A stretch of DNA of 64,000 nt. Source: Verrucomicrobiales bacterium. Lineage in GTDB: Bacteria; Verrucomicrobiota; Verrucomicrobiia; Verrucomicrobiales; SLCJ01. The stretch spans positions 41,377 to 105,376 of the forward strand of contig JBJTQJ010000119.1 of the NCBI GenBank assembly GCA_046075565.1. Direction: 5' to 3'. The notes under the pieces are model-generated. The model was not told where the DNA came from and did no database searches. It worked only from the letters and a program-made list of their open reading frames with translations. The translations under genes and the position numbers were made by a program. Below, one piece after another: positions 49,003-58,906 of the stretch (the stretch's first letter is position 1; each line of letters opens with the position of its first letter).

Positions 49003-50145
49003 TTAGAAGGAGGGAAGAGGCGGGCCTCCGGGCTCGACGCCCAACACGCCGAGATACCACCGCAGGATGGTCTGGCCAGCCAGGATCCAGGTCCAGAGTC
49101 CGGCCACGAGCCATGGGCCGAAGGGAATATGCCCGGCCCAATGGCGGCGGCCGATGGCCCAGACGAGCAAGCCGAAGAGGCTGCCATAGATCGAGGCGGT
49201 AAAGACGGTGAAAATGACTCCTTTCCATCCGACGAAGGCGCCCGCCATGCAGAGGAAAAACACGTCGCCCATGCCCATGGCCTCGCGCGGCACGACGACC
49301 CTGGTGGTTTGACCGGCCAGCGATTTGAGGTTGGCGAGCGGGACCTTGCGCGAATTTCTTTCCCCCGAGTCGAATTCCACATGGTCCCATGCGACGATCA
49401 ATCGCCCAGCCTCTTGCTTCTTTTTGCCATCGACGAGCACGCCATCGGTTTCAATGATCAACCGGTCGGTTTCGCGGCTGAAAAGATCCTCCCATAGGAT
49501 GGTTTTTTCATCGAGCAGAAGTTCGGGCGCCTCATTGGGGCCCTCGTGTATCTGCCAGGCTACCGGCTTTGCAAATTCCCGTTTCTGCCGCCCGAAGGCG
49601 CGTTTGCCCAATTCGACAATGAGCCACAGGATGCCGTATCCGAGCGCCGCACCAATGGCCCCTTGCAGCAATCCTTCCCACCAGACGGATTTTTGATGCA
49701 ACGCCGGGACGAGAGCGGAGGCGAGCAATCCGAATGGCAAGACGCCCCATGTGACCTGATTGGGGATGATGTAGTGCCCGAAATCGACGAAGACGGTGAC
49801 GATGCATGCGACCGCGAGCATGGCCAAAGCCAGCGCCTGCCAGGGAGAAAAGACCATCCACAATCCGAGAAAAGCCAGCGCGGTGATCCATTCGACCGCG
49901 AAGTAACGGAACGGGATCGGTGATTTGCAGCCCGCGCAGCGGCCTCGCAGCAGGAGCCAACTCACCAGCGGGATATTCTGCCACATCGGAATGTTCCGGC
50001 GGCATCCCGGGCAAAACGAGCGCGCGGGTTCGTGCACCTTCAGGCCGAGCGGCCATCGGTAGATGCAGACATTGAGGAACGAGCCGACGCAGGCCCCGAG
50101 AAGAAAGGCCGAGGCGGTGCCAACGATTGCGACGGGACTGAACAT
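49003..50145 (-). CDS. pilD: prepilin peptidase (A24) with internal soluble insertion
   Basis: GSFLNVCIYR.P, SFCP.C, NIP.VSWLLLRGRC..C, VD..HYIIP, MGMGD, IPFGP. Confidence 0.9.
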   Translation of the reverse strand: MFSPVAIVGTASAFLLGACVGSFLNVCIYRWPLGLKVHEPARSFCPGCRRNIPMWQNIPLVSWLLLRGRCAGCKSPIPFRYFAVEWITALAFLGLWMVFSPWQALALAMLAVACIVTVFVDFGHYIIPNQVTWGVLPFGLLASALVPALHQKSVWWEGLLQGAIGAALGYGILWLIVELGKRAFGRQKREFAKPVAWQIHEGPNEAPELLLDEKTILWEDLFSRETDRLIIETDGVLVDGKKKQEAGRLIVAWDHVEFDSGERNSRKVPLANLKSLAGQTTRVVVPREAMGMGDVFFLCMAGAFVGWKGVIFTVFTASIYGSLFGLLVWAIGRRHWAGHIPFGPWLVAGLWTWILAGQTILRWYLGVLGVEPGGPPLPSF

Positions 50146-50211
50146 GACCGGCCCAACCATGGGGCGGATTGGGCGGCTTGCCAATGGCTTTCCTTTCGGC
50201 CATGGTGAGGC

Positions 50212-51555
50212 ATGGAGCCTGCCCGCAAACAAGCCGTGGAGCTGGCCCGGCGATTGCGCGGGGCCGGCTTCATCGCGTGGTTTGCCGGCGGCTGCGTGCG
50301 CGACCGCTTGCTCGGGCGCGTGCCGAAGGATTACGATATCGCGACCAATGCCCGCCCGGATGAGGTGGCCGCTTTGTTTTCCAAGGCGCGTCTCGTCGGC
50401 GCTCATTTTGGCGTGGTCATTGTGCCGAGAAAAGGCATCGAACACGAGATTGCCACCTTCCGCAGCGATGGCGAATACCATGATGGCCGGCGGCCTGAAG
50501 CCGTGGTGTTTTCCACCGCCGAAGAAGACGCCCAACGCCGCGATTTCACCATCAATGGTCTCTTCGAGGATCCGGAAACGGGGGAAATCATCGACCACGT
50601 TGGTGGTCGCGCGGATTTGGAAAATCGTATCCTGCGCGCCATCGGGGATCCGGACAAACGATTCGAAGAGGATCACTTGCGCTTGCTCCGGGCGGTGCGG
50701 TTTGCCACCGAACTCGACGGCTTTGCCATCGAAGCCAAGACATGGGACGCGCTCCGCCGACATGCGCCATCGATCGCCCGCATCTCACCGGAACGCGTGC
50801 GCACCGAGCTTTCCCGCATCTTCGTTCATCCGCGCCGGGTGCACGGATTCGACCTGCTCGCCGACTCCGGGTTGCTCGGTGTGGTTCTTCCCGAAATGCT
50901 CGATTTGCGGGGATGTGATCAGCCGCCGCAATTCCATCCCGAAGGCGACGTGTGGGTTCACACCCGCATCATGCTCGGGTTGCTCGCGCCCGATGCGCCG
51001 GAGGAACTCGTCTGGGCCGTCCTGCTCCACGACATCGCCAAACCCGCCACCCGAACCATCGATGAGACCGGGCGCATCCGCTTCAATGGCCACGACCGTC
51101 TGGGCGCGGAAATGACCGAATCCATCCTCCGCCGCCTGCGTTTTCCCAACGACACCATCGAACCCGTCACCGAAATGGTGCGGCAGCACATGAACTACAT
51201 GCACGTGCAGGACATGCGTGTGGCCAAACTCAAGCGCTTCATGGCCCGACCGATTTTCCCGATCGAATTGGAACTCCACCGCCTCGATTGCGCGTCCTCG
51301 AACGGACTGATGGACAACTACGATTTCCTCCGGGAGAAGATGGAGGAATTCTCCGCGGCTCCGCTCGTGCCGCCGCGCCTCTTGGACGGAAGAGATATCA
51401 TGGCCTTGGGGATTCCGCCCGGACCCGAAGTGGGGCGATGGCTCGGCGAAATCGAAACACTCCAACTCGAAGGCAAACTCGGCGACCGCGAGTCCGCGCT
51501 GAATTGGCTTCGCGAAAATGCTTCACTTCCTCCAGAAGATCAGCAGGGCGGTTAG
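50212..51555 (+). CDS. CCA tRNA nucleotidyltransferase / poly(A) polymerase family protein with HD domain
   Basis: GGCVRD.LLG..PKDYDIAT, DAQRRDFTIN, ED.LRLLRA.RF, H.EGDVW.H, LLHDIAKP. Confidence 0.92.
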   Translation: MEPARKQAVELARRLRGAGFIAWFAGGCVRDRLLGRVPKDYDIATNARPDEVAALFSKARLVGAHFGVVIVPRKGIEHEIATFRSDGEYHDGRRPEAVVFSTAEEDAQRRDFTINGLFEDPETGEIIDHVGGRADLENRILRAIGDPDKRFEEDHLRLLRAVRFATELDGFAIEAKTWDALRRHAPSIARISPERVRTELSRIFVHPRRVHGFDLLADSGLLGVVLPEMLDLRGCDQPPQFHPEGDVWVHTRIMLGLLAPDAPEELVWAVLLHDIAKPATRTIDETGRIRFNGHDRLGAEMTESILRRLRFPNDTIEPVTEMVRQHMNYMHVQDMRVAKLKRFMARPIFPIELELHRLDCASSNGLMDNYDFLREKMEEFSAAPLVPPRLLDGRDIMALGIPPGPEVGRWLGEIETLQLEGKLGDRESALNWLRENASLPPEDQQGG

Positions 51556-52446
51556 GATGGCGGGCAGGAACAAGAGGGTGGAGAGGAAAAGTTTGCGCGC
51601 GTTGTCGCGCTGGCTGACGTGCAGGAAACGCAGGGAGAGCCAGAGGATCCACGCGCCTAACAAAAGGCTTGCCACCCCGTAGCCGGCGCCCGCGATGCCG
51701 AGCGGCCACCAGCCGGCCGCGCAGACCAGAAGTTGACCGAGGGAGAAGACGACACATAACCACGCGCTGCGTTGGCCGCTGGTGTCGCCATTCGACCACA
51801 TGACAAATCCGGCTTTTTCGTATTCCTCGCGATACATCCAGTTGATGGCGACGAAGTGGGGGAGCTGCCAGAAGAAAAGAATGCCAAAGAGAAGCGCCGC
51901 GCCGGCATCGTAGGCGCGCCCCGCCGCCACCCAACCGATGACCGGTGGCAGGGCTCCCGCCACCGCGCCGACCAGCGTGTTGATGGACGACCGGCGTTTC
52001 ATCGGCGTGTAAACGAGAACGTAAAGCAACAGGGTGAGAGCCGACATGTAGGCAGCCTGCGGGTTCTCCGGCGTCACGGTGCGCGCGAGATGCAGGACAC
52101 CAAAGGTGGAAATCACGCAGGCAATCGCGAAGGCCAGTCCGGCAGGCATACGTCGCGCGGGCAACGGCCGGTCCATGGTGCGCCGCATGCGCGCGTCCGC
52201 TTCGATTTCCATCAGTTGGTTGAAGACGGCCGCCCCGAAAGCGGAAAAGGCCGTGCCGAGGAGAGTGTGGAATAACACTCTCCAATCGGGGCGCAGATCA
52301 CAACCTGCGAGGTAACCGACCAGAGTGGTGAGCAGGACCAGCGAGCTGAGGCGGAATTTCGTCAGTGCCATCAGGTCCTGACGCACTGCCACCGCCGGGG
52401 CGACCGGAAGAAGTTCGGATTCGGTGTTCGGTGTCGGACTCGCCAT
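51523..52446 (-). CDS. cyoE: protoheme IX farnesyltransferase (heme O synthase)
   Basis: LTK.RL, N...E...D..M.RT..RPLP, YTPMKR, G...GALPP.IGW, WQ.PHF. Confidence 0.93.
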   Translation of the reverse strand: MASPTPNTESELLPVAPAVAVRQDLMALTKFRLSSLVLLTTLVGYLAGCDLRPDWRVLFHTLLGTAFSAFGAAVFNQLMEIEADARMRRTMDRPLPARRMPAGLAFAIACVISTFGVLHLARTVTPENPQAAYMSALTLLLYVLVYTPMKRRSSINTLVGAVAGALPPVIGWVAAGRAYDAGAALLFGILFFWQLPHFVAINWMYREEYEKAGFVMWSNGDTSGQRSAWLCVVFSLGQLLVCAAGWWPLGIAGAGYGVASLLLGAWILWLSLRFLHVSQRDNARKLFLSTLLFLPAILTALLIFWRK

Positions 52447-52541
52447 TTTGCCGCATGGGAAAATCAGTTCCCGAGGCGGCTCCAAGTATCGCCCGCGACG
52501 ATGGAATGGTCAAATTTCCCGGCCGTGCGCAGCAAAGCGGC

Positions 52542-53381
52542 TCAGTTCGGCAGCGGGGTGTAGCCCGGTGCAGGTTCTGGTGCGGGCGTGGGAACGCCCG
52601 GCAACGGCGGGGGCACAATCCCGGGATCCGGAGCAACAGGCGGTGGCGGAGGAGGAACAATACCTGGCACATCGGGCAACCCAGGGTTCACGGACGGCTC
52701 GATCGGGAGTGTCGGTGCGACGGGAGGAACAGGCGTCGGTGGCGGTGGAGGCATAGGCCGCATGGAGGCGTAGGGAGACAGGCTATCCTCGACCTTTGCC
52801 GGCACATCGTTGTCATTCACATAGCGCAACCAGACTCGACGTTCGACCTTTCCCGTGGTGGCTGAGATTTCCAAGCGTCCGACCGTGCGTTCCTCCTTGT
52901 CCCATAAGCTTAGAAACCAGACGGGTTGGGTCGTGCCCTCGCGCGCCCGGAGCACATATTGAACGGAGTCGAATCCGATCATCGCCGCTCTCGCTTCTTG
53001 GTCCACGGCGTGGAAGGCGGTGATGGAATCGACCTTCACGTCCGACCATCGGAAAAAGCCGAGCGGAACCGTGGATTCATACCCACCGTCGTCGGGTGCT
53101 TTCGGCGTGGCGCGACGACCGGTTACCTTCAGGGCTCTTACCCCGCCTTTGGCCGCCGGATCGGTGAAGAGGAACTCCCATGCTTTCGGCTGCGGGGTGC
53201 CAAAATGCCCGATGACTCCAACCAAGGCTTCCAAGGCCTGCGGGCCAAGGGTATTGCCAACCAGGACGGACGCTTCCCCGACGCTGGTCGAAGGCTGGGC
53301 CGCGGCGGGCGGGGAGGAGAGCAGGGAGCATCCGGCGGCGATGATGGCGGTGCGGCGAAGCAGGGGAAAGAAGCGAGTCAT
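52542..53381 (-). CDS. secreted hypothetical protein with proline-rich C-terminal tail
   Basis: Signal peptide; 'EISATTGKV' PepSY-like strand; long Pro-rich tail. Confidence 0.7.
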   Translation of the reverse strand: MTRFFPLLRRTAIIAAGCSLLSSPPAAAQPSTSVGEASVLVGNTLGPQALEALVGVIGHFGTPQPKAWEFLFTDPAAKGGVRALKVTGRRATPKAPDDGGYESTVPLGFFRWSDVKVDSITAFHAVDQEARAAMIGFDSVQYVLRAREGTTQPVWFLSLWDKEERTVGRLEISATTGKVERRVWLRYVNDNDVPAKVEDSLSPYASMRPMPPPPPTPVPPVAPTLPIEPSVNPGLPDVPGIVPPPPPPVAPDPGIVPPPLPGVPTPAPEPAPGYTPLPN

Positions 53382-53583
53382 GGCGTTGCGGAATAAGACG
53401 TCGCCAAGACCTCGATTCATCAAATTTTCTCGCTTTTCCGCAATTTCCCCCTGACCCTCGCCGCCTCTGAAGGCACAACTCCCATGCCCTGATAATCAAC
53501 AAAAGTGGACTTTCTGGCCTGATTTGCCCGCTTGACAATAACTGCAATCGGGTATGCTATGGCCCTCTGCAAACAGAAACGTC

Positions 53584-55164
53584 ATGACCACCCGTCTTTT
53601 CACCGCGCTTATCCTTTGGGGAGTATGCCTCCTCGTTCCCTCAATCCAAGCCCAGCAACCGACGATCAGCCTCGGCGACCTCCAAGCCTACGCGCTTTCG
53701 GATGTGGCCGATAATCCTGTGGCGAAGGAATTCGCCTCCTTGCTCGGGCAGGAGAAAGCCAAAGAAGCGCTCGCTGCTGCCGAGGCCGCCGTTGCGAAAA
53801 AAGAAGTCATTGGTGATTTCCTTCTCGGCTTTGCGGCGGAAAATGGAAAAGGAGCGGAAGCGGATTTCGCGAAGGCCGAGAAACATTACCGCGAAGCATC
53901 GAAGAAAGATCACCTCCCATCGACCGTCAACCTCGCCGCACTTCTGATGCGTCAGAAATCCAACAACGAGGAAGCCGCGCGCTTGCTTCGCAGCGTGCAG
54001 GAAAAGGATCCGAAAATCGCCGGTTTTTTCCTCGGCATCGCCTGCTTGACCGGAGCCACCGGCACGCCGGACTTCCAGAGTGCCGCGCAAATGTGGACAC
54101 GCGCCGCGGAAGCGGGCAATCCGTCCGCCAACCGTTACCTCGGGCTCCTCTACCAAGGGGTTTTCGGCTTTCCTGCTCAAGCCGACTTGAAGAAGTCCGC
54201 TGAATACCTTCAGAAAGCCGCGGACAAGGATGACGCGGAGGCCTCCATCCGGCTCGGTCTTCTCATCCTCGAAGCGGGAGACAAAATCGGACGCAAGACC
54301 CCTGAAGCGACATCGTGGTTCGAAAAAGCCGCTTCCACCAACAATGCCGCTGCGCTTTATCTTCTCGGTCAAGTGCGCGAACAAGGGACCAAGGGTGTTG
54401 TCGAAGCCGATCCGAAGGCCGCCCGCGAACTCTACGTCAAAGCTGCCGCCCAAAACCATGGTCCGTCCATCCTGCGTCTCGGGTTTCTCACCGAACGTGG
54501 TCTCGGTGGCGATGCCGACCTCGCCGTAGCCGTCAAACACTACCGCAAGGCCGCGGAACTTGGAGAAGCCGGAGCTTACTTCAATCTGGGTGTGCTCACG
54601 CAAAAGGGTGAAGGCGGTCTTGAGAAGAGCGACAGCGAAGCCTTCCGTCTTTTCCTCCAGGGCGCCTTGCGCGGCTTCGCGCCTGCCGCCAATCTCGTTG
54701 GCACCGCCTACCGCGCTGGCCTTGGCGTGAGCCCCGACATCATCGCGGCCGCCGCATGGTTCAGCCGCGCGGCCGAAGCCGGTGAAACGAATGCGATGAT
54801 CAGCCTCGCGGAAATGATGCTTTCCAACCAAGGCATTCCTTTCAATGCCGAACTGCTCGGCCAACTCACCCAGCGCGCTTTCTCAGCGGGCAATCCGCGC
54901 GCCGGTCTTCTGCTTGGAAAGATGGCCGAACGTGGTGTCGGTCTTGAAAGGAACCTCGCCCAAGCCCTCGCCTTCTACCGCTGGGCCGGAAAACGCGATC
55001 TCGCGGACGCCAAAACCGCTGCCGCGGAAGTGGAGAAATCCATGACCAAAGAAGAAGTCGCGGCCGCCGATGCGCTCACCAAACAATTCGAAGAACAGCC
55101 AAAGGCCGGGGACAATCCGGACAACAAGCCCAAGGAAGAAGTCAAGAAGCCTGGCACTCCTTGA
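53584..55164 (+). CDS. secreted Sel1-like repeat protein
   Basis: Repeated A...LG..Y..G.G...D...A..WY.KAA units; signal peptide. Confidence 0.9.
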   Translation: MTTRLFTALILWGVCLLVPSIQAQQPTISLGDLQAYALSDVADNPVAKEFASLLGQEKAKEALAAAEAAVAKKEVIGDFLLGFAAENGKGAEADFAKAEKHYREASKKDHLPSTVNLAALLMRQKSNNEEAARLLRSVQEKDPKIAGFFLGIACLTGATGTPDFQSAAQMWTRAAEAGNPSANRYLGLLYQGVFGFPAQADLKKSAEYLQKAADKDDAEASIRLGLLILEAGDKIGRKTPEATSWFEKAASTNNAAALYLLGQVREQGTKGVVEADPKAARELYVKAAAQNHGPSILRLGFLTERGLGGDADLAVAVKHYRKAAELGEAGAYFNLGVLTQKGEGGLEKSDSEAFRLFLQGALRGFAPAANLVGTAYRAGLGVSPDIIAAAAWFSRAAEAGETNAMISLAEMMLSNQGIPFNAELLGQLTQRAFSAGNPRAGLLLGKMAERGVGLERNLAQALAFYRWAGKRDLADAKTAAAEVEKSMTKEEVAAADALTKQFEEQPKAGDNPDNKPKEEVKKPGTP

Positions 55165-55293
55165 GCATCATAGGGAAGATACATTCTTCTTCCCCACGAG
55201 CCCTCTTCGCGACTTGCCAGACCGGAAAATCCCTGCGCAAGGTGGCGAAGGTTTGAGTTGTCCGCGTTGACGGTGTTCCCAATCAGGGACCCG

Positions 55294-55476
55294 TCATGGC
55301 GTGTAGCTGAAGCGGAAAAATGCCGCCGGCGGTTGTTCCGCCGCGTTGAACGGACTCGACCATCTCGCGCCGGTGTAGACCTTCCTACCGCTGAGCGTGT
55401 TGGGAATGCCATCCTGAGGAAACGCCGGTGGAACGGCAAACAGTCCGGCGAGAAGGAATTGAACTTTTGTTTTCAT
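55294..55476 (-). pseudogene. 60-aa ORF: signal peptide joined to a surface-protein-like C-terminal motif (probable deletion relic)
   Basis: MKTKVQFLLAGLFAVPPAFP signal-like start; ends QPPAAFFRFSYTP, similar to PPERAFYRVRLLTP at the end of 45399-48683. Confidence 0.45.
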
Positions 55477-55642
55477 GGGGAGTTCATTTGCTGAACACCC
55501 CCGATGCTGGATCAGGTTCCGTATTTCTTCGAGAAACGTTACTTCCGCTTAACAAATCTCTTTTTCTCCCTCGCCGATCTTCTTCCATGCCGAGCCGGGG
55601 GCCCTGAAAGCCCGGGCATTCAGACTCCGTATCCGGTCAGCC

Positions 55643-58600
55643 ATGCTCGACCCGAAACCCTTCAGCCGTCGCCGCGAATTCCTCAAACTGAGTGCCGCCA
55701 GCGCGCTCGGTGGCCTTTTGCCCGCGCGTGTTCGCGCCGCCGGTATTTCGACTGATGCCGCCGCTCTCTACGCGCAAGTGATTCCCGCGAAGAAAAAGCT
55801 CGATGCCAAGTGGGCCGCCAGCCTCATCCGCCGCGACCACGCCCTCGATGCCGCCATCGCCACCTCGAAAAAAGAAGATCTCCCGCGGATCGGCATGACC
55901 GTCGGCGGGATTGGTTGCGGCACGGTCTATCTCTCCGGCGACGGTCGGCTCTATGTCTGGGACATTTTCCACCAACCGCACGAAGGGGTCGTGGCCGCCA
56001 CCGCCGAGGTGCCGGCCGGTTTCGAGAATATCGCCCAGGGTGGCAAGAAGGTGCGCGAACGCGATGGCGCGAATTACGTGGTTCCACCCACCCCCGATCA
56101 ACACCCCGGGTCATTCCGCCAGGGCTTCTCCATCCAACTTGATGACGCCACCCCGCGCCCGTTTGATGGCAAAGCATGGGAAAAGGTTTCCTTCACCGGC
56201 GAATGGCCGGCCGGTCGCGTCGCCTACCGGGACAAAGATTGTCCACTCGAAGTGGATTTGCTTTCCTGGACGCCGTTTGTCCCCCTCTCGCTTGATGATT
56301 CCACTTGGCCGGTCACGGTCATGGAGTTCACCGTGCGCAACCGCTCCGATAAACCTGCGCGCGGCAACCTTATCGGCCACCTCGAAAATCCCGTGCTTTC
56401 TGTCAAAGGCCGCGGATCGGAAATCCAACTCGAGAGCGTGAAGGCCATCGGAGATGGCTTGGCCCTCCTCTCGCACGCGGCGCAACGCAAAAACGAAACC
56501 ACTGCTGCGAGACCGGACATCCTTTTCGCCGACTTTGAAGAGGCTGATTACGGAAAATGGAAGAGCGAAGGCACCGCCTTCGGCATCGGACCAGTGGCCC
56601 GGGCGGATGTCCCCGATTACCAAGGCAGACTCGGTGCTCACGGGGGCAAATCCATCAATTCCCATGCCAGCGCGCCCGGTGATTCCGTCGCGGCGAAGGA
56701 TGCCGCCACCGGCTCGTTGCTCTCGCCTGAATTCACCATCGAAAGAAAATTCATCCGGTTGTTATTGGGTGGCGGATCCCAATCCGGCAAGACCGGAATT
56801 GAAGTGCTGATTGGCGACAAAGTAATTGCCTCAGCCACCGGACCAGACTCCAACACCATGAGACCGGTTGTTCTCGATGTCTTCGCCCATGAAGGCAAAG
56901 TCGCCCGCCTCCGCCTGATCGATCGTGCCACCGGTGCATGGGGCAACACGGGATCAGACCACATCGTCTTCACCGATCAATCTTCTTCTCCCGATGCGGA
57001 AAAACGCGGCGACTTCGGCACCATGGTGCTGGCTGCTCTCGATGGTTCTGCCGTGGTCAAGGCGGAGACCATGGGTTCGGTGGCTCTCGCTTTTGATCTC
57101 GCGCCGGGCGAGGTAAAAACATTCTCCTATTTTTTTGCATGGCATTTCCCGAATGGGGGCAAGTTGCAAGGCCCGGGGGATTATCGACCCCGCTACACCG
57201 TGCGGCATGGCAACGCGACCGAAGTCGCCCGCGCCTTTGCCAAGGACTTCGCCCGCTTGCGCGATTTGACCATGCGCTGGGTGAAAACATGGAAGGACTC
57301 AACCCTTCCACGTTGGTTGCTCGACCGCGCCATCCTCACCACCAACACGCTGCAAACCACCAATTGCCACTTTCTCGAAAACGGCCGCTTCTGGGCCTGG
57401 GAAGGAGTCGGGTGTTGTCCCGGCACATGCGCGCACGTCTGGCATTATGCGCAGGGCGTCGCGCGTTTGTTCCCCGAGATTGAGCGCAACCTGCGCGAGG
57501 TCACGGACTTCGGTGTCGCCATCAAGGACGACGGCTCCATTCCTTTCCGCGCTGAAGCCACCAAGACCATCGCCATCGATGCGCAAACCAGCACGTTACT
57601 CCGCACCTGGCGCGAACATCTTGTTTCCAAAGATGACGCTTTCCTGCGCCGCGTCTGGCCGGATGCCAAACGCGCCCTGGAATGGCTGATCCGCTTCGAC
57701 GCCAACGGCCGGGGCGGGCTCGACGGCTTGCTCGATGGCGAACAACACAATACCCTTGATGCCGAATGGTATGGCAAGGTCCACTGCCTCTGCTCGCTGT
57801 ACCTCGCCAGCCTTGCCGCCGGCGAAAAGATCGCCCTTACCATGGGGGACGAGACCTTCGCCAAAGAATGCGCGCGCCTGCTCGCCTCCGGAGCCGAAGG
57901 GATGAAAAAGCTGTTCAACGGAGAGTTTTACATCCAGGAAGAAGATCCCGCGCATTCCAAGGCCATCGGCGTGGGCACGGGATGTTACATCGATCAGGTG
58001 ATCGGACAATGGTGGGCGCATGTCGTCGGCCTCGGCCGCATCTACGACGAAGCCAATATCCGCTCGGCTCTGCACGCTCTCTGGAGATACAACTTCTCCC
58101 CCGAGGTGGGAGCCTTCCGCAAGGTCTTCACCCGCGGTCGTTTCTACGCCCTGCCTGGTGAGGCGGGGCTCCTCATGTGCACCTGGCCGAAAGGCGGATT
58201 ACGCGAGGATTTCACCAAGCACTGGCAATACGCCTACTTCAACGAGTGTATGACCGGTTTCGAATGGCAAGCCGCCGCCCACATGATCCAGGAAGGCGAG
58301 ACCCTCGGGGCCAACGACGCCGAACAACTTACGAACCTGATCGATGGCCCCAACGATGGCCGCGCCCTCACCGCGCGCGGACTCGCCGTCGCCCGCGCCA
58401 TCCACGACCGCTACGCTCCCTCGCGCCGGAATCCTTATAACGAAATCGAGTGCTCCGACCACTATGCCCGCGCCAATGCCAGCTACTCGGTCTTCCTCGC
58501 CGCCTGCGGGTTCATCTACGATGGACCGGACGGAAGAATCGGCTTCGCCCCGAAAATCCAGCCTGAAAACTTCCGCACGCCCTTCACCGCTGCCGATGGC

Positions 58601-58831
58601 TGGGGCACATTCAGTCAAAAGCGCAACGAAAGCGGGAAGTGGTCCGCCTCCCTCGAATTGACCCACGGCCGCCTCATGCTCCGCCAGCTTGAACTCCCAT
58701 GGCTCGCCGACGGTGCCATCATCAAATCCGGTGACCGTATCCTGCCCGGCCAAGTTTCCCAAGTTCGCTGGACGGCCAAGGATCCCGTGGTCCTCGTGGC
58801 CGGAGAAGGTGGTCTGGTGATCGAAGAGTGA
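55643..58831 (+). CDS. Tat-exported GH116 family glycoside hydrolase
   Basis: SRRREFLK signal, VGGIG.G, FAWHFPN, WEG..CC.GTC.HVW.Y, QHNTLD, DQ.IGQWWA, NP.NEIEC..HYAR. Confidence 0.9.
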   Translation: MLDPKPFSRRREFLKLSAASALGGLLPARVRAAGISTDAAALYAQVIPAKKKLDAKWAASLIRRDHALDAAIATSKKEDLPRIGMTVGGIGCGTVYLSGDGRLYVWDIFHQPHEGVVAATAEVPAGFENIAQGGKKVRERDGANYVVPPTPDQHPGSFRQGFSIQLDDATPRPFDGKAWEKVSFTGEWPAGRVAYRDKDCPLEVDLLSWTPFVPLSLDDSTWPVTVMEFTVRNRSDKPARGNLIGHLENPVLSVKGRGSEIQLESVKAIGDGLALLSHAAQRKNETTAARPDILFADFEEADYGKWKSEGTAFGIGPVARADVPDYQGRLGAHGGKSINSHASAPGDSVAAKDAATGSLLSPEFTIERKFIRLLLGGGSQSGKTGIEVLIGDKVIASATGPDSNTMRPVVLDVFAHEGKVARLRLIDRATGAWGNTGSDHIVFTDQSSSPDAEKRGDFGTMVLAALDGSAVVKAETMGSVALAFDLAPGEVKTFSYFFAWHFPNGGKLQGPGDYRPRYTVRHGNATEVARAFAKDFARLRDLTMRWVKTWKDSTLPRWLLDRAILTTNTLQTTNCHFLENGRFWAWEGVGCCPGTCAHVWHYAQGVARLFPEIERNLREVTDFGVAIKDDGSIPFRAEATKTIAIDAQTSTLLRTWREHLVSKDDAFLRRVWPDAKRALEWLIRFDANGRGGLDGLLDGEQHNTLDAEWYGKVHCLCSLYLASLAAGEKIALTMGDETFAKECARLLASGAEGMKKLFNGEFYIQEEDPAHSKAIGVGTGCYIDQVIGQWWAHVVGLGRIYDEANIRSALHALWRYNFSPEVGAFRKVFTRGRFYALPGEAGLLMCTWPKGGLREDFTKHWQYAYFNECMTGFEWQAAAHMIQEGETLGANDAEQLTNLIDGPNDGRALTARGLAVARAIHDRYAPSRRNPYNEIECSDHYARANASYSVFLAACGFIYDGPDGRIGFAPKIQPENFRTPFTAADGWGTFSQKRNESGKWSASLELTHGRLMLRQLELPWLADGAIIKSGDRILPGQVSQVRWTAKDPVVLVAGEGGLVIEE

Positions 58832-58906
58832 ATCGCGACAACACGATCCAACTTCAGCGCTCCTTCCCGCACTTTCAGCCATTGGGAGGGTGGTGACTTG
58901 GTTTCC

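Noticed and set aside
53532..53558. TTGACA...TATGCT promoter before the Sel1 gene
   Set aside because: Spacer is only 15 bp; not supported well enough to annotate
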